Positions 51,924 through 64,000 are shown, counted from the stretch's first letter. The stretch is DNA of 64,000 nt from Octopus vulgaris (GCA_951406725.2 OX597815.1:47058001-47122000); one strand, 5' to 3'. The notes: generated from the sequence alone by a model not told the origin. A program made the numbers and translations.

Positions 51924-52440
51924 ACACGCACATACTACTTGATTTATTTACTAGAGATGTTCGCAGATTCAGTTACTTATGACAGTAATTATCGACTGGA
52001 AGAAGGATACGGTGACCAAGTTTCTTCGGGCGTTAAGATCCTAAATAATAATGTCTTCCCGTTGGCGGGTCGGTAGTAAAAATCAGTCACTCACGGTTTC
52101 TAGCTCAGCCTCTCCCATTGGTCACAGACCCCAACAAGAAGCCATCTCTGCTGTCTCATTTAATCTGTCAGTATCTGTAATCCTCTCCCTTTCTGAAAGT
52201 GCCGAGAACTAAGTATGCTACACGTTGTGGGTCACGGGTTTTTACCTTTTTGAAGGTTGAAATTTTACATAGGAGCACATCTTTTCAAAAAAATGATGCT
52301 AGCATTGTATTTCTTTCTTTTAGCTCTATATTTGAATCAGCTTCTGAATTGCTTAAAAGCAATAATTCTCAGTAAATCAATATTCCTGGACCAAATGGAG
52401 ATTTTAAACTTATTTTAAAAGTAAATAATCTGAAATATGC

Positions 52441-52472
<32 letters not shown>

Positions 52473-52704
52473 ATGTATGTATGTATGTATGTATGTATGT
52501 ATGTATGTATGTATGTATGGAAGTACTTATGTATGTATGTATGTATGTATGATTGTCCTCTTATCCCCAGACAGGATGGTTTGTTTTTTTTCCTTAATGC
52601 CATCTTAGCTTTGGAGAAGTCTTGACTCACGAGATTATCGTCCCCTTCTCGTACGGAACTGGTCTTAATTGCCATTTTTTTTTATTTGTGAAACACCCTT
52701 TAGA

Positions 52705-52800
52705 GGCGGAGATATATCTGTGTGGTAAGTAGCTTGCTTACCAACCACATGGTTCCGGGTTCAGTCCCACTACGTGGCATCGTGGGCAAGTATCTTCTAT
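52705..52800 (+). mobile_element. SINE family B head fragment followed by (TATG)n
   Basis: CTGTGTGGTAAGTAGCTTGCTTACCAACCACATGGTTCCGGGTTCAGTCCC. Confidence 0.85.
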
Positions 52801-53409
52801 GTATGTATGTATGTATGTATGTATGTATGTATGTATGTGTGCATGCGTACCTAGTAATATCCTTTCTGTTAATATTAAAGAATACTTAGGCAGTTACACT
52901 TCGTGACGGGGCGGTAAACTGTAAAAGAAAAAAGACGAGTGCCTCATATTGAAAGAGCATATGGACCATTAGAAGAAAATGTAAGAGGCCAAGTGCCTCA
53001 TTTCAAGGACATGGTGTCATTTGAGGTAAGAGGCTTAATGCCTCATTGTAAGGGCCTTGAGTCCAAAAGAAATATTGGTAAGAGATTTTTTTCCCTCAAA
53101 TTGTAAGTTCACAAATGAACAATGTTTTAGAGAAGCAAAGATCGGTGGGCGTCTTTGGTCTTCTCTCATTAATACCATCCTTTTCATCATTCATCAAATC
53201 TCATTAATGTCTTTATCCAGCCCGCAGCTTCTCCATCTGCGTACGGCCTTCATAGCCAATTTTATGAAATAAAGAAGCTTGCTTCCATATTGAGTGCCAC
53301 TGTGCGGCACCTTGGTCAAGTTTCTTATACTATAGCCTCGGGCCGACCAAAGACTTGTAAGTGGATTTGGTTGACGGAAACTGAAAAAAGCCCGTCGTGT
53401 ATATTATAT

Positions 53410-53575
53410 GTAGGGAGAATTCACAAAAAAGAAAGATGAAGACAGGTGGTGTAGACAACAAACAGATGTATTAGCTTAACGCTCGGGAAGTGAAAAAGGC
53501 TTTAACGTTTCGAGCCTACGCTCTTCCACAGAAAGAAACAAGGAGAGAAAATAAAGAATGTGTAGTGGCTAGTGA
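53410..53575 (-). mobile_element. Penelope-like pLTR fragment (same family as 4.6 and 5.8 kb) with a hammerhead-like motif at 53500-53535
   Basis: Aligns with 5750-5935. Confidence 0.82.
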
Positions 53576-53591
53576 TATATATATATATATA

Positions 53592-53932
53592 AAGGGGTAA
53601 AGACCCCCTTCGGTCATGAATGACCATGGGATTGCACCTAGAAAGTTACCCTCCTAGACACAAGTCCGGGCAAGGTTGTTTATGGAAGACCAGCAGTCGC
53701 CCATGCATACCAGTCTCCCCTCTCCACGCCACCAGTGTTATCCAAGGGAAAGACAAAGGTCGATACAGCTTGGCACCAGTGACGTCGCAACTCATTTCTA
53801 CAGCTGAGTGAACTGGAGCAACGTGAAATAAAGTGCCTTGCTCAAGAACACAACACGCAGCCCGGTCCGGGATTCGAGCTCACAACCTCACGATCGTAAG
53901 CTCGACGCTCTAACCACTGAGCCATGCGCCTT
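53592..53932 (-). mobile_element. tRNA-derived SINE with a family C head and a different 3' body, inserted in (TA)n
   Basis: Reverse complement reads GAAGGCGCATGGCTCAGTGGTTAGAGCG..GCTCGAATCCC..TTCTTGAGCAAGGCACTT..GTTGCTCCAG. Confidence 0.88.
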
Positions 53933-53933
53933 C

Positions 53934-53969
<36 letters not shown>

Positions 53970-54750
53970 ATGTGTGTGTGGAGGGGTGTATTTGTATCTG
54001 TGTTTGTCCCCTTCCCATCATCGCTTGACAATCGATGTTGGTGTGTTTACGTCCCCGTAACTTAGTGGTTCGGCAAAAGAAACCAATAGAATAAGTACTA
54101 GACTTACAAAGAATATGTTCTGGGGTCAATTTGTTCGACTAGAGGCGGTGCTCCAACATGGCCGCAGTCAAATGACTGAAACAAATGGAAAAAAAACGTA
54201 AACAGAACTGCGACTACATCATCGTAAGTACACCCAAACGTAGAAAGTAACATCTACACCCACTACATGAGTGCAAGTTTATTTGTATCCATTGACAAAA
54301 GCCTTGCTACTTTGTTACTCGTCGGTTGTTCTGTGAAGAGAAAGATTCAATTTCGAAAAGAAGCTGACATACATGCATGCATATATACACGTTCAAATTT
54401 ATATACGTACGTATGTACATTACGTGTTTGGCACCGTAAAGGATTGTTAAAAATGTATGATTAAAAATCTAGAAATATGCCAAATTCACAGCCTAAAATC
54501 GTAAGTGCTTTTTGTCTGTAAGAGAAGCACCTATTACTCAACTACTTATCGTTGTTAAGACGGAATTAAATAAAATATTTCTCGCCGTGTGGAATTTCAG
54601 TTTGAATATTATGTCAGATTGTGATAGCAACGCAACACTCATGGTCTTACCAAATCTGTGAGCTACGGGGGACGGCGTAAGTATTGCGATCACTTTATTT
54701 GGTTGTTTACATTATATATAACACGAAACAGAGATAAAACGTGCGGGCGC

Positions 54751-54751
54751 G

Positions 54752-54808
<57 letters not shown>
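54751..54808. repeat. (GATA)n microsatellite
   Basis: Direct reading of the sequence. Confidence 0.97.
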
Positions 54809-56766
54809 CAGACAAAGAGCAGATGGAAGTTAGAGACACAGAATATATACAAAAAGAAGGAAAGGTTGTGACGAGCAGAGACACGCAACTTTCGTGCCAT
54901 CTTTTTTTAACACAGGTTCGCTTCTCAACAACAAGAAAAAATAATGGATAAAGCAAGAAAATATATTTTGTTTGATGGAAAGTGCTCTCACCCAATATCT
55001 CCAGACACTAATATCCTTAAAAGAAGACACTTAAAATCTTTTACTTTAGTTGGCTGACCTCGTTTTCCCTACTCTATTATTTTACACTTTCTTTTAACTC
55101 CTATCTATCGGCCTTTCTCCTCTTCTTTGTTTCGTTAATTTTTTCCCCTTGTGTTTTTCTTTCGTTCCGCATTTTTCTTTCTCGCTTTCCTTCTTCTATT
55201 CACTTTTATCTGAAACTATAGTCGCTTTTTGCGAGTAACGGAGAAAGTGGGAGAAAAAGAAAATCAGTGGGAGGTAGAGTGGGGATATTCAGATTTTTTT
55301 TTTATTCATTTCATCTCTTAAAATAAGGTTGAAATTTACCGGGACGAAAACAGCATTGCTTTTGTCCAAATTATTTCGGGAGAGACGACAATGCTGCGCG
55401 ACAAAGGAAAGCAAGTCTCCCGTCTCTGGTTCATGAAACCAGAACTGTTTGACAGCAGTATCTTTTTTTCTTTTGTTGACCCAGAACTATTGCTATGCTG
55501 TAACATTCTCTCACATTTCATAACTTGCTAGGCAAGCGATGAACAGGCACCATTCGATTTCATTATGTGATAAAAAAAAAAAAAGCTAGCTCTTTAACAG
55601 AGCTGATTCAAGGTGACAAAACAGTTGGTTCTTTATGTATATCAAATGTTGACAGGTTCAGAAATGATTGACTTAGAGATAGAACATACTTTTTTTGAAT
55701 TTTCATGTGTTAAGTGTAGATCTCCAAGAAACGAGGAAGACTGAAAAATATGACGAGGATAAAAGCTAGTTCTGAAGCACATTATTTAAAAATAAATATT
55801 GTCAAAGTAGGTGGATTGGAGTACTCAGAAAAGTCTTATATTCGGCCGTTCTTCATACATCATGATGAGGAAAGTAGAGTGGAAGAGAAGTATAAGAGGG
55901 ACTTTCTCTTTTTTATATGAAATATAGCGATGGAAGCAAAACTACTCGAAATTCAGCGTCTTTTTATCTTCAAGGTAAAAAGTAAAATTATATGGTGTTT
56001 GGTGGGTAGGAAGATTTTTGCAGACATAGTACAAACCCCGTTACCAAGGGACTAGAAAACTTGTTTGCAACGCGGGAGGTGAGAGAGCTTATCAGATGTA
56101 CAACGCACGAAGACACCCTTTGATTTCCTGATGGTAATAAAGCATGTTTTGCGATAGTAATAAGCATGTTATGTTACTTCACTGTTAAAATTGTTAACTT
56201 ATTTCCTTTCGGTATTGCTCGTTGTACCAGCAGCGGAGTATTTCACAGATAAGAACAGAAATCTAACATGTTGTATACTTGTGTCGTGAAGGGGTTTTGC
56301 AATATTACTGAGCTAAAATGTTTTGATTTTCTTGAAGAACCCGTGTCTTAAGAACACTAGTTTTGAGAAGCTCAGAGACAGGCAAGCAAAGTTTTTGGTT
56401 ATCAATTTCACTATTCCAGAAACATATCATGAAATTTCCACCTGATTCACGTGTGTATATGTTTCCAACTGCAACATACACGTGTGAGCAAATTTTCTTC
56501 AAAGTGATGCGAATTACAACGAATTTTTTAATGGGGCGTTAGAAGAAAATTGAAGGCTTCGTTTGCAGATTATGTATCAAGGGTTAAGTCGGTCCTGCCG
56601 ACTCCGTCCATTTTTAGACGATTCACTACTAGTAAAAATCACACATATCCGACGAAAGCAATAGGAAATGGGTGGAATTGGAGTCGGACCCATATTGCTG
56701 TGTGGTTGGTTTCTTAGAGATTACAACTACCTTATCTAGCCTCACGTTAATAATTGATAAATAGCC

Positions 56767-56767
56767 T

Positions 56768-56826
<59 letters not shown>

Positions 56827-56832
56827 ATGATG

Positions 56833-56863
<31 letters not shown>

Positions 56864-56890
56864 CAATACTACTAATAATGATAATAATAA
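56767..56890. repeat. (ACT)n(AAT)n compound trinucleotide repeat
   Basis: Direct reading of the sequence. Confidence 0.97.
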
Positions 56891-56897
56891 ACATAAT

Positions 56898-57118
56898 GAT
56901 TTCAAATTTTGGCACAAGGGCAGCAATATCGGAGCAGGTGGGTTAGTTGAATATATTGGCCCCAGTGTTCTGCTGGTACTTATTTTATCGACCCCGAAGG
57001 GATGAAAAGCAAAGTCAACCTCGGTGGAATTTGAACTCGGACCGTAAAAAACCCCGAAATGCAGCAAAGCATTTTGCCCGGCGTGCTAACGATTCTGCCT
57101 GCTCACAACAACAACAAC

Positions 57119-57172
<54 letters not shown>

Positions 57173-58190
57173 CCTTTCTACTAAAGGCACAAGGCTTGAA
57201 ATTTTGTGGGAGGTACTAGTCAATTACATCAACCCCGGTGTTTCACTGGTACTTAATTTATGAATCCCGAAAGGATAAAAGGCAAAGTCGGCCTCGGCGG
57301 ATTTTAAAGAACTCAGAACGTAAGGACGAATGAAATGCCGCTGAGCATTTTGTCCGGCGTGATAACGATTCTGCCAGCTTGCAATGATAATAAAAATCCT
57401 TTCTACTAAGACACAAAGGCGTGAAATGTTAGGGGAAGAGAAAAAGTCGTTCACATCTACTCCAGTACTTGACTGGTACTTATTTTATCGACCCTAAAAG
57501 TCGACCTCAGCCGAATTTGAGTGTAGAACTTAAATTGTTTCAAAATTTGGTATAAGGCCAGTAGTTCTGAGGCGTAAGGGGAGAGGTTAGCCGATTACAT
57601 CAAGCCTGGTTCTCAACTGGTAGTTATCTTATTAAACCCGAAAGGATCATAGCAAAGTCAACGTCGGCAGGATTTCAATTCAGAAAGTAAAAGAGCCAAA
57701 AGAAATTATACTGAGCTCCTTTATTTTTGCCTGACGCGCAAACGATGTTACCAGCTTGCCACCTTAACAGAAGAAAATGATATTTTGTCATTTTAGCACA
57801 AGACCTTATATTGTGAGTGCGGATGGGCGGTTGCAATAAATGGAAAGTACTGCAATACATGACTGGATGGGGGAAATGGTAAATTTTGATCAATTTGGTA
57901 CTCAAAACAGGAACTTAAATTGACTTGATCTACGTGTAACACTTATTGTGGCGGCGCTACCATACCTATTTCTTTATTACCCACAAGGGGTCAAACATAG
58001 AGGGGACAAACAAGGACAGACATAGGTATTAAGTCGATTACATCGACCCCAGTGCGTAACTGGTACTTAATTTATCGACCCCGAAAGGATGAAAGGCAAA
58101 GTCGACCTTGGCGGAATTTGAACTCACAACGTAACGGCAGACGAAATACCGCTAAGCATTTCGCCCGGCGTGCTAACGTTTCTTCCAGCT
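56898..58190 (-). mobile_element. Five minus-strand SINE family A copies (about 56898-57105, 57172-57380, 57396-57530, 57537-57765, 57968-58190)
   Basis: Each matches the consensus. The last has TSD CGGCGCTACCATACCT at 57952-57967 and 58191-58206. Confidence 0.9.
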
Positions 58191-58250
58191 CGGCGCTACC
58201 ATACCTGTCATCAAATGCACTACTTATGTACGCATTATTATCAATTGTGT

Positions 58251-58722
58251 AAGGCGGTGAGCTGGCAGATGGTTAGCACGTAATGGAATTTCGTCCGTCG
58301 CTACGTTCTGAGTTTAAATTCCGCCGAAGTCGACTTTGCATGTCATCCTTTCGGGTCGATAAATCGATAAATTAAGTACCAGTGAAACACTGGAGTCGGT
58401 ATAATCGACTAGTCCCCATCCCACAAATTTGAAGCCTTGTGCCTCTTGTAGAAAGGATTATTATTATTAAAAAAAAGTTTATTATCATTATTATTATTAT
58501 TATTATTGGAAAGGCGGTGACCTGGCAGAATCACTGGCATGTCGGCAAATGCATGGTAGAATTTCGCCCGTTGTTACGTAACTGTTCAAATTCCGCTGAA
58601 GCTGACTTTGCCTATCATCTTTTCAGGTTCAATAAATTAAGTACCAGTTGCGTACTGGGATCGATCTAATCGACTGGACCCCTCCCCACAAAATTTCAGG
58701 CCTTATACCTATAGCAGAAAGA

Positions 58723-58776
<54 letters not shown>

Positions 58777-59240
58777 GATGTTGTTGTTTTTGTTATTGCT
58801 ATTGGAAAGGCGGTGAGCTGGCAGAATCGTTAGCACGCTGGATGAAATGCTTGCGGTATTTCGCCCGCCGCTACCTTCTGAGTTCAAATTCCGCCGAGAT
58901 CGACTTTGTCTTTCATCCTTTCGGAATCGATAAAATTAAGTATCAGTGAAACACTGGTATCGATGTAATCGACTTGTCACCTCCCCGCAAATTCCAGGCC
59001 TTGTGCCTATAGTAGAAAGCATTATTATCGATTGTGTATAGCGGTGAAGCTGGCCGAATTCGTAACGGCATTTCGTCGGTCGTTACGTTCCGATTTCAAA
59101 TCCCACCGAGGTCAACTTTTCCTAATATTCTTTCGAGGTCGATGAAGTAAGTACCAGTTGAGTAGTGGAGTCGATATAATCGACTAATCTCCTGCAACTC
59201 TCCTAAAATGTCAGGCCTTGTGCTTATGTAAGAAAGGATT
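58251..59240 (+). mobile_element. Four tandem plus-strand SINE family A copies, tail type B, separated by (ATT)n
   Basis: Heads at about 58251, 58511, 58807 and 59041. Tails read GCCTTGTGCC..GTAGAAAGGATT. Confidence 0.92.
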
Positions 59241-59664
59241 ATTATCAATTGTGTACGCTGGTAATTTTAATTAATGTGTCAATATTTCATCTCTAAATTC
59301 TAATTGTAACCAATGTCTTTCCGTGTGCACGCATACTCACAGCCACTTGATATCTTGGGATTACATGAGGTTTGGAAGTCATGCTTTTGACTATAAAATG
59401 ACTGACATAAAAAAGATAAAATCGTAGTTAACGGAAAGCTGTCGCATGATGTCAAGTATTTTTCTCCTCTTGATAAAAAACAGTTTTGACGCAAAAAAAA
59501 AAAAAAAATTCAATCCGTTGTTGAAATCATAATGAGAATAATAATTTTAGAAGGTTTGGTATAATGGAACTCATAAAAATATACCCCATTCTTTAAGGAC
59601 ATAAAAAAAAATAAACAACACACTCTAATAAAATATACTTAAGGAAAAATGTTTTTTAAATGGC

Positions 59665-60070
59665 ATGCTATACCAAACCTAATATCCGGAAAATTTAGAA
59701 CCGGAAGTGTCACAGATTATGGATTATCCGGCTTTCTAGAAAGTGCCTAAATATTTATTTAAAATATAAAATAAACTCTGTAGAGTAAAGAGTTAAATTA
59801 TATTGAACAGAGATTCAAATGAATAAACGTGAAACGCTGGGTCTGACTGATATTTATTAATCCACTTAAAATTATTAAGATACATCATATCGTACCGTAT
59901 AACAGTATAATATCTAAAGGATGAAAATTAAATGAAGTAAAGAACATGATTTTATTTTACCGATACATGTGCAAATTGTCAATACAGGTAAAAGAATATT
60001 ACACGGTATTGCCGGTATTGTACAGAATTTTCGGATTTCTGGAAGTCGGATAAGAGACCTAGTAGCGTAT
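59665..60070. mobile_element. Possible decayed pogo/Tigger-type MITE
   Basis: The left end TATCCGGAAAATTTAGAACCGGAAG and the right end TTTTCGGATTTCTGGAAGTCGGATAAG are loosely inverted and rich in TCCG/CGGA subrepeats. The interior is AT-rich. Confidence 0.4.
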
Positions 60071-61038
60071 TTAGGTATCGCAAGACAAGTTATGTGGTAA
60101 TGGAAAACAGCTTAAAGCTTTAGGTAAACAGACCGATTTGCAGGTTGAAATCCATGGGTTTCGATTAATAACAGGAATACAGAATAAATATTTGAATATA
60201 GTGATTGATGTTTGATTGGTTAAAATAGTCATCTGACAACAGCCATATGTCACCATTTTAGAGGGAGAGAGAGAGAGGGGGAGAGGGAGAGAGAAACAAG
60301 GAGAAAGAAAAGAGGGAGAGAGAAAGGAATGCGAGAGAAAGAGGACAGAGAAAGAGACGGAGATTGAAAGAGAGGGAGAGAGCTATTTATATTATTGTTT
60401 TCACTTTTTGTATTGATACTCTATTTCCTTTTTGGCTTCGCCCTTTAGTTCACGATATGTATATTTGTGTGTGTATATATAGATAGATCCATCCATACAT
60501 GCATGCATGTATACATAGATGCACAGATACGCACATACATATGTACACATATATATATTTATATACATACACAATACACAATACATACACGTACGTACAT
60601 GTATGCATATATGAATACACAAACATTAGAACAAAGATTTACTCCATCAATCATGTAATCACAGAAACTCTAAAGCTTTCATACAAAGGACACTCGCAGC
60701 AGTATAATAGATAACATACAGAATTGCATACGCAGTACATAATGTGATTTTTACACAAACACACACACACGCACACACATATATATCTATGCATGCTTAT
60801 ATATATATAGTCATTCGCTTTTCTCGTAGTCAGAATTAGCTACGGACACAATCACAAATGTCACAGATCATTACATATTAGCAACACCAACAGCAGGAAG
60901 AACAACAGCAATAACGAAACAAATGCACTACCATTAACTTCAACAATACCAGCAACAGCTGCAGCAGCAGAAGTAAAAATTACAGCAGCCATTCACTATT
61001 TCTATGAAATGACAACAACAGCTACCACCACCACCACC

Positions 61039-61069
<31 letters not shown>

Positions 61070-61197
61070 CAATCATGGCTGTATTACTCTAGCAAAATTC
61101 TATCACTATATTCTTCACCCTAATCATTACGAAAACACTAACACTACCTACAAAATAATCAGCCCAAACGGACCACCACCACCAACATCATCTTTAC

Positions 61198-61382
61198 CAG
61201 TGCTCCACAACCGGCGTGCCACAACAAACTGGTGTACCACAGGACGATGCTAGGTGTGCCGCAGTGTAAAATGAATATAATTCTTTTCCCCTATAGTTTT
61301 AGTTATATTTTTAGTCCAGTTGTGCGGCCGAATTTTGAAATGAGTATGTGTAGCGCAAATGAAAAAAGGTTGCGGAGCATTG
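61198..61382. mobile_element. hAT-Charlie-type MITE, 185 bp
   Basis: TIRs CAGTGCTCCACAACC and GGTTGCGGAGCATTG (13 of 15 match). The flanking 8-mers ATCTTTAC and ATCCATAT match at 5 of 8. Confidence 0.75.
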
Positions 61383-62104
61383 ATCCATATACCACAACAC
61401 TGCCTACAACAAACATTATCGCTACAGAACCACCGGTATTGTGACTACCATCACCTCTATACAAACACTACCAGCACCTGTAACCACACTATGATCTTCA
61501 TTACTCAAGAACGAGTATGATTTGGTAACGTGTATTGTGCTTTCGCTGATTGTTTTAGGTGCTTATATAGTCGCCAGTAGACATAGATACCATCACAACT
61601 CTCCTCCATTTGACCTAGGGGCACATTCAGGATGAAACAGCTTGAGGGAGAAAGAGTGAGGGCTGCGTCAGTACTCGGCTGGTAGTCATTTTCAGATTAG
61701 TGGACTACATCAATGTGAAGTGAAACACCTTGCTCAAAGACCCTCTGCACTGCATGATCCAGCAATTGACTCTGGGACGGTACAGTTGTTAGCCGAGCAT
61801 CCTAACGGCTAGGTCACGCCCCTTCAACACTACAATCATTAGAGAAACAACTGTTGGGCTACCGAAGAAGCCACTTCGTGTAAGCCATAACAACCAGATT
61901 GTTTTCGACTCGCACCGTACCAACTTAATAAAATAAGTAATAGAAAGACGAGATTAAGCCGGCTGGCAAACCTTTGCTAAACCGAGCTGACTTCATCTGA
62001 TCTGAGATTAAACAGCAACTGCTACAACATAGCTCCACTCATCATCAGCACAACAACAACTGACATTAATACTGCTTCCGACAAGAACAACATTATTCGT
62101 GCTG

Positions 62105-62322
62105 TTATAGGCACAAAGCCTGACATTTTGAGGGGAGGGATCTAGTCCATTACATTGACCTCAGTGCTCTACTGGTACTTATTTCATCGACTCCTGAAAA
62201 ATAGAAATGAAAGACAAAGTCGACCTCAGCTGCATTTGAACTCAGAACGTAAAACCAGAACCAATACCAATACCGTCATATAATTTGTTCGGCTTGCTAA
62301 CGATTCCGCCAGCTCACCGCAT
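62105..62322 (-). mobile_element. SINE family A
   Basis: Consensus match on the minus strand, ending CCAGCTCACCGC. Confidence 0.85.
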
Positions 62323-62484
62323 TTTGTATATTCGTTATTAAAAGTTGATGATATTCACTCAACACAGGCCTTACAGCTGTAGACTACACTTACCACAAAA
62401 CTGCTGAAGTTTTAATTTCTTCAACCCATCGATGACATTTATAATATACACAACTTTTCCTACGCAAGATGATAGAAGTAATTC

Positions 62485-62915
62485 TGGTGGTGATGGTGTG
62501 GTGACGGTGAAAGATTTGTGACAGTTGCGGTGGTGGTAGTGGTGGTGGTAGTAGTGGTGGTGGTGGTGGTGGTGTGTGGTGGTAATTGTGGTGACGGTGA
62601 TGATGTTGATTACCATTATGATGATGATGATGACAGTGAGGATAATCATGATGATGATGATGATGATGATGCTGATGACAGTGAGGTTGATGATGACGAT
62701 GATGAAGATGGTAATGACGTCGAGAATGTTAGCAATGAGGATCATGAAGATGATGACAAAGAGGAGGAAGAGGAAAGGATGACAAAGTGTAGAAGGGGAC
62801 GTTAATGAAAAGGAGGAAGAGAGGATGAGGAAAGTGATGAAGATGGTAATGATGGCGAGAATGTTAGCGATGATGACCATAAAAACGACGATGACGATGA
62901 TAATGATGACAATGA
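62485..62915. repeat. (GGT)n/(GAT)n/(GAG)n low-complexity tract with a 45-bp internal duplication
   Basis: GATGAAGATGGTAATGA..CGAGAATGTTAGC occurs at 62701 and 62836. Confidence 0.85.
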
Positions 62916-63300
62916 CTAAACAGATTTATGATTAAGATGTTCCGTCCATGACCACCTCCTTTTATTTTAAATTATTCTATCTAGGACTATGTATTTCTAT
63001 GTGTAATATACAAGGACTTTTGGATTACACTGTATATTTGTTAAGTCATTTAGGTATGATTTGAAGGAGATTTGATTGCTAATACTAGCAGATCGAGCGA
63101 TCACATGAGATGCTCAACCGTTGGCCCATGTTGTTGTTAAGCCTTAGGTCAGTCTTGGTCGAAATAATTTTGGTCAAGAGCATTCCAACCATGATCATCC
63201 AAACTGTCCTTTATTTTTAGGATGGCAGAACTTCATTCGAGGGAGATGTGATTGTCATTTCTAGCTGGTAAAGTGACCATGTAAAGCCTCACTTGCTGGC
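62915..63300 (-). mobile_element. Two tandem copies of SINE-like family D
   Basis: The pattern ATGA(C/T)CA(C/T)C..TTTGAAGGAGATTTGATTGCTA..AGC..GA(T/C)CA occurs twice. Confidence 0.6.
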
Positions 63301-64000
63301 TTGTGAGAGAAGTGGCGGTGATGGGGGCAGTGGTGATAGTGGCAGTGGTGGTGGTGGTTGTGGAGATGGTGGTATTTTCTGGATGGTCGTCGGATTATTT
63401 GTTATTTTTTCTGATGATGTTAAAACTATTAGTAATAGTAGTGGTGGTGGCGATGCGGATGAAGCAGAGTTAGTGGCCAGGGTGGTTTTGGTTTTGATAT
63501 CGGTGATGGAGTCGAGACGTCTTCTAATTAGTGTTTATGGAGTCGGTAAAAACGGTAGCAGCGATGGTGGTAATATTGCTGTTATTATCCTTCTTGTTGT
63601 TGTTGGTGGTGATGGTGCATGATAGGTGAGGTGGCTGTTGTTGTTGCTGTTGTTGTTCTTGATGGTAGCGAATCTAATGGCGATGAAAGATGGTGCTGTC
63701 TGGCAAAATGGCTAAACAATATCTGTCGAAAACACAAATTCGTTGTTGGCTCAACTAATTTGGCGATAGGGAAGACACAGAGAAACTAACTGGGAGGAAA
63801 CCAAAATAAACAAAACAATGAAAATAAAATTTAAAATAAAAATATAAGACGATGAAAACTTGAAGAAAACGCAAAACAACAAGTTGTAAAAAAAACTCGA
63901 TGAAAACAAAAGAAAAAAACCAACATTAATAACAAACGAAAATAAACAAAATTTCTGCTGCCGCTACTGAAGATGGTGCTATTGTTGCTGGTACTGTTCA

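Larger units (their letters stand above)
53270..54185 (+). mobile_element. SINE family B split by two nested insertions
   Basis: The 5' half (53270-53400) and the 3' half (about 53955-54185) join into one consensus copy. Confidence 0.8.

Noticed and set aside
53855-53932. tRNA gene (also the heads near 11.7 and 25.8 kb)
   Set aside because: A and B boxes are present, but the sequence runs into SINE body, no clean acceptor stem or T-run terminator is seen, and two copies have TSDs.
56579-56588. piggyBac end (AAGGGTTAA)
   Set aside because: No matching TTAACCCT partner was found nearby, and the motif is too short.
62518-62805. Acidic Asp-rich (biomineralisation-like) protein
   Set aside because: Low-complexity GAT/GGT repeat with a GTG start, open in several frames, with no signal peptide or splice evidence.
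63293-63622. Gly-rich ORF with hydrophobic segments
   Set aside because: Derived from degenerate GGT/GTT repeats with a non-ATG start.

Overview
AT-rich, microsatellite-dense eukaryotic non-coding DNA with no recognisable host protein-coding gene, rRNA, real tRNA or CRISPR. Almost all ORFs in the track are microsatellite artefacts. The repeat families and microsatellite load suggest an octopus or other coleoid genome; this is an inference from remembered SINE families, not a search result. Transposable elements with coding remnants: a near-full-length but broken L1/Tx1-clade LINE (40.1-45.0 kb) plus an older relic (9.3-10.8 kb), a 5'-truncated Dong/R4 retrotransposon in (TAA)n (13.4-14.8 kb), two kinds of Penelope-like remnants (5.7-6.7 kb and 18.7-20.0 kb) and a hAT-Charlie transposase tail. 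Non-coding elements: Penelope pLTRs carrying hammerhead-ribozyme motifs, a non-autonomous Helitron, a probable solo LTR, MITEs, three tRNA-derived SINE families plus one headless SINE-like family, and several long fold-back structures. Main observations: (1) the Tx1 LINE sits inside a SINE at an 11-bp site (GGTATTTCGTC) and shares its 3' tail with that SINE, suggesting a self-targeting SINE/LINE pair; (2) one intact minimal hammerhead ribozyme, and a three-copy family with U instead of the conserved A6; (3) long palindromes, two of which share a 10-mer at the turning point. All coordinates were read by eye, and ends of decayed repeats are approximate.
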